In this document: in pieces, positions 58,896 through 64,000 of the stretch
Position numbering within the stretch: the first letter of the stretch is position 1
How the letters are laid out: every line of letters begins with the position of its first letter
Source: Octopus sinensis
Lineage: Eukaryota
Length of the DNA stretch: 64,000 nucleotides
Direction of reading: 5' to 3'
Assembly: GCF_006345805.1 (NCBI RefSeq)
Contig: NC_043025.1
Coordinates: forward strand, 5,828,001 to 5,892,000
Made by a program: the position numbers and the translations under genes
Notes under the pieces: generated by a model
Told to the model about the DNA's origin: nothing
What the model saw: only the letters and a program-made list of their open reading frames with translations
Database searches by the model: none

Positions 58896-60119
58896 GCATT
58901 AAACTGGTTTGGAAATTAAATAAACACAAAGCTTCTATGAAAGGTTTAATGACAAGCTTATTTGACTAAATTCTTCATTACCTTTCAAAAATAATTGAAG
59001 TTTCCAGGTTCAGTCCCACTGCGTAGCACCTTGGGCAAGTGTGTGTATATATATATATATATATGTAAATGTATATATATATGTAAATGTATATATATAT
59101 ATATATGTAAATGTATATATATATATATATACATATATCATCATCATCATCCTTTGCTCTGGCCAAACTATGCAACCCATGCCAGCATGGACAATGGACG
59201 TTAAATGATGATGGGGAGTGGCTGTGTAGTAAGTAGCTTGTTTACCAACCACATGGTTCCGGGTTCAGTTCCATGGCATGGCATCTTGGGCAAGTGTCTT
59301 CTACTATAGACTCGGGCCGTCCAAAGCCTTGTGAGTGGATTTGGTTGACGGAAACTGAAAGAAGCCTATCGTATATATATATATGTAGTAATTTAAGGAA
59401 AGTAGGGTATAATAACCACTTGCCAAAATCAAAGCCATAGCTCAAAAAATACACCATAAATATTACAATATATGTATGTATGTATGTGTGTGTATATGTT
59501 TGTGTGTGTGGTGGTGTTTGTTCCTCCAAACATCGCTTGACAATTGATGCTGGTGTGTTTACATCCCCGTAACTTAGCAGTTCAGCAAAAGCGACCGATA
59601 GAATAAGTACTTAGGCTTACAAAGAATAAGTCCTGTAGTCGATTTGTTTGACTAAAGGTGGTGCTCCAGCATGGCCACAGTCAAATGACTGAAACAAGTA
59701 AAAGAATAAAGGAACAAAAGAATATATATATATATATATATATATATATCTAATTCCCTTGATCCTTTGCAGTATATATATGTGTGTATATACACATACA
59801 CACATATACACACAAACATATATACATGCATACATACACATACATGCATGCATACATATTCATGCATGCATACACACACATCTACCTATCCATCCATCTG
59901 CCTATATCTATCTATCTAACTATCTATCTACCTATCTGTCCCTCTGTCTATCTATCTATCTATCTATCTATCTACCTATCTATCTATCTATCTATTTACC
60001 TATCTATCTATCTATCTATTTCTGTACCTATCTATATCTATATCTACAAAAAAATTCAGGGTGAATACTTGATAATTGTAAGCACCTGTATATGCCATTT
60101 AGTGGTGTAGGTGATAGAG

Positions 60120-60311
60120 TATATTTATCAAAATAAAAACATGATGCAAAGGATTTAGCGGTACATATGTTTCTGGCTTTTATTAGACGGTTTATATCAA
60201 TGCATAATTGATGTAATTTGTATGTCAATAACCTTCTAAACCGTCTAATAAAAGCCAGGAACATATGTACCGCTAAATACTTTGCATCATGTTTTTATTT
60301 TGATAAATATA
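60120..60311. repeat. Fold-back: 75-bp arms (73/75 paired), 42-nt loop
   Basis: 60120-60194 is the reverse complement of 60237-60311 with 2 mismatches. Confidence 0.95.
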
Positions 60312-60487
60312 TATCTGTATCTATATGTATGTATACACACACTCACACACAATGAAGACACAATTGTGTTTACGTTAAATTTCATGCTATCAAATATATT
60401 TTCCCAATTCATTAATCCATCCAGTTTACTTTGAAACAGTAACATTAACAACCTCATAACCAAACCAAATTCTATCTATCTATCTAT

Positions 60488-60875
60488 CCGCTCAGTCGAA
60501 GTCGACTCTCGGTCACTCGTTGGATCAGTGTCCTCCAGTCAGTTCTATCCTGGGCTGCTTCCCTCAGATTGGCTATGTCCATTCCGGTCTCCCTTTTGAT
60601 GGTGTCAAGCCAGCGAGTTCTTGGTCGGCCTCTTCCTCTCTTGCCACTGACCATTCCGTATATATATATATATATATACGCTTAGTCGAAGTCGACTCTC
60701 GGTCACTCGTTGGATCAGTGTCCTCCAGTCAGTTCTATCCTGGGCTGCTTCCCTCAGATTGGCTATGTCCATTCCGGTCTCCCTCTTGATGGTGTCAAGC
60801 CAGCGAGTTCTTGGTCGGCCTCTTCCTCTCTTGCCACTGACCATTCCGAGCATGATGTCCTTCTCCAGGGATTTT
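60488..60875 (-). mobile_element. Two tandem RTE/BovB-like LINE 3' ends
   Basis: KSLEKDIMLGMVSGKRGRGRPRTRWLDTIKRETGMDIANLREAAQDRTDWRTLIQRVTESRLRLS; the ORF runs into the tail. Confidence 0.75.
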
Positions 60876-61824
60876 CTCCAACCAAATTACATCATTAAAA
60901 CGTAACTTACAAGCTTCATTAATTGTTACTAATCAAACACACAAGAATGAGCTATTTTAAAAATACGAGAAAAACTTACTTAACCTTCACAGCTTCGTTT
61001 TTTTGCACAAAAATAATGTTACCAACGCATTCTAACTCCATTGTGTAGTATGCAGCAAAGGATCAAGGGAATAATCTTAAAACTAATAAAAATAATCATC
61101 ACCCAAATTAAAAACGATTTCACAATCAACTGGATCCGGTGACTTTCATAGCTTTTATTTCAAGTGTGCTTTACCTGTGTCTGCATGTAGGTGCATGTGT
61201 GTTTGTGTATTTTGGGCATGTATTTTAATATTCAGTAAAATTCTGTAGCTATAATTCTGAAATTTTGTGAAAATCTATACAAGATGGTTACGTTAGTGGC
61301 TCATATTTTAACTAATGAGTATTGCGTTTCATGTTCTGAAGAATATGCCATAATGGTTCCTTGTTGAACATAAAACGGTTGATTGTATGAATGCAATACT
61401 ACCATTATATATATATAATATATATATATATAATATATATAAATAATAATATATATATATATGTATGTATATATATATGCATATTTATATATATATTATA
61501 TATATATATATGCATATTTATATTATATATATCTATATATATATATATATATTAATATATATATATATAATATATATAAATATATATATAATATATAAAT
61601 AATATATATGCAATATATATATATATATATATATATAGTATAATGGATATATGCATATGTGTGTGTAAACATATTCATACAAACCAATGCTAATGATGTA
61701 ATACATATACACAAACATGTATAAACATATATACATGCATAGATGTGTACGTAATTATGTATATACATCTATGTATATCTATACATACACATACATGTAC
61801 ATATATAGATACATACAGATACGG

Positions 61825-61929
<105 letters not shown>

Positions 61930-62341
61930 ATAACAAGTGATGCAAATCAGATCACTTAACATAAGCAATGTTTGTTTTGCTTAGGACAGAATTTCCAGAG
62001 AAACAGTCGAGGCCATTTTGTGTTTACACCCTGGGTGTACGAGGGGGGTAACTAATTACAGAGAGATAATGATGTAATGAAGAGCAGGCAGAAGGGGTAG
62101 AATAAGGGTGGGAGTTGAATGATCCAACAGTAGGAAGGAGGCTGTTAAAGAGCTGGGGGAAACGAGAAGGAAAATTATATCTTGTGATACCATACGTTAT
62201 CTTAATTATCAAATAAAGGACCACCATGGTGTGTTTTGCACGCATTGATATTTTAGTAAATGAATCCTGTGAACTGTACTGGAGTAGATTGTGTGACTTA
62301 GTGGTCGGGCTGTTTGGCTCATAATTGTTAGGTGGTGGTTT

Positions 62342-63538
62342 CGGATCTCTTCTGTTTGACAGGCAGTTTTTTAAAATAATTTCTTTGTAACTAAACACTT
62401 TTAAACTTCGTATACTGGTAGAATGTGTATTATAAACATCTTTTTCTCTTGGCTTTATTGAGAAAATTCTATAGTGGATCTTTTCATTTTGAACGGCACA
62501 CAATTTCTAGTTAACTAAACACTTTTAAACTTCGTATACTGGTAGATTGTTTTTATAAAACATCTTTTTCTCTTGGCTTTATTGAGAAAATTCTATAGTG
62601 GATCTTTTCATTCTGAACGGCACACAATTTCTAGTTAACTAAACACTTTTAAACTTCGTATACTGGTAGATTGTTTTTATAAAACATCTTTTTCTCTTGG
62701 CTTTATTGAGAAAATTCTATAGTGGATCTTTTCATTCTGAACGATACACAATTTCTAGTTAACTAAACACTTTTAAACTTCGTATACTGGTAGATTGTTT
62801 TTATAAAACATCTTTTTCTCTTGGCTTTATTGAGAAAATTCTATAGTGGATCTTTTCATTCTGAACGATACACAATTTCTAGTTAACTAAACACTTTTAA
62901 ACTTCGTATACTGGTAGATTGTTTTTATAAAACATCTTTTTCTCTTGGCTTTATTGAGAAAATTCTATAGTGGATCTTTTCATTCTGAACGATACACAAT
63001 TTCTAGTTAACTAAACGCTTTAAAACTGCGTACACTGGTAGAATGTGTTTATAAAACATCTTTTTATCTTGGCTTTATTGAGAAAATTCTATAGTGGATC
63101 TTTACCTTTTGAACGGTACACAATTTCTAATTAACAAAACACTCTTAAACTTCGTATACTGGTAGATTGTTTTTATAAAACATCTTTTTCTCTTGGCTTT
63201 ATTGAGAAAATTCTATAGTGGATCTTTTCATTCTGAACGACACACAAATTCTAGTTAACTAAACACTTTTAAACTTCGGACACTGGTAGAATGTGTTTAT
63301 AAAACATCTTTTTCTCTTGGCTTTATTGAGAAAATTCTATAGTTTGTAAGATATATGTTGTTTTTTTTCTGCAATTTCTGCAATTTCAACCAATCACTGA
63401 CGTCTATTGAAGTAAAAAACATTCTGTGCTGTATGAACATGGTCCCTCGTTTAAGAAACAGATTGGGTTTATTTACATTTGTGAAGAAAAAAGATACCCT
63501 TCCCCCCACCCCTAACCCTAAGATCCGTGATTTCAATT
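62342..63538. mobile_element. Non-autonomous element with CGGATCT/AGATCCG ends and an internal 124-bp segment amplified 8 times
   Basis: aaacac/aaacgc block recurs at 62393, 62517, 62641, 62765, 62889, 63013, 63137 and 63261; ccctaaccctaa near the right end. Confidence 0.7.
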
Positions 63539-64000
63539 CCTGGACTGGGCAATAAGTTCTGTCCTCAAAGAAGGTATTACACTTCACACTGCTACAGTCT
63601 TCTCAACTGTAAATGAGTACCTTCTCATGACCACAAGTTTGTGGGTTCAATTCCTGGGCCAGGCAGTGTGCAGTGTCTTTGAGGAAGGCATTCACTTTAC
63701 ATTGCTACAGTCTGCTCAGCTATGATCTTAAGTTTGTGGGTTCAATTCTTGAGCCAGGCAGTGTGTTGTGTTTTTTAGGAAGGCATTCACTTCACATTTC
63801 TACAGTCTATCCAGCTACGATTTTCAGTTTGTGGGTTCAGTCTCTGGGCTAGGCAGTGTGTTTGGTCCTTGAGGAAGACATTTCACTTCCTGTTGCTGCA
63901 GTCTGCTCAGCCATGATCTTAAGTTCAGGGGTTCAATTCCTTAGCCCAGGAATGTACATTTAAGTGTAGGTTTATGTATTTATGTATATTTATGTATATC

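Noticed and set aside
61175-61260. Possible non-coding first exon with CAG|GTAAAG donor
   Set aside because: A single donor-like site without transcript evidence is not supportable.

Overview
Eukaryotic, repeat-saturated genomic DNA. The SINE, microsatellite and MITE content suggests an octopod cephalopod (inference). One protein-coding gene spans the window on the minus strand: a papilin/lacunin/MIG-6-like secreted matrix protein. I reconstructed 17 coding exons (about 1045 aa), all with GT-AG boundaries and matching phases, from a signal-peptide exon at 56008 down to 2594; the gene continues past the left edge. Domain order: signal peptide, TSP1, ADAMTS Cys-rich, ADAMTS spacer, acidic insert, two TSP1, three YGCCPD Cys repeats, then at least five Kunitz+Thr/Pro-linker exons. 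The Kunitz region looks like an exon array in turnover: an A-B-C triplet pattern, a 100% identical exon pair, a Kunitz core identical between exons 10 kb apart, and two orphan half-exons. Introns contain several tRNA-type SINE families (often as tandem arrays), RTE/BovB-like/CR1 LINE ends, mariner, Chapaev3-like and Helitron relics, MITE-derived satellites and three long fold-backs. Three Penelope-type minimal hammerhead ribozyme motifs with co-varying stems are also present. No prokaryotic features, CRISPR arrays, rRNA or true tRNA genes were seen. TE family names come from recalled motifs, not database searches, and TE boundaries are approximate.
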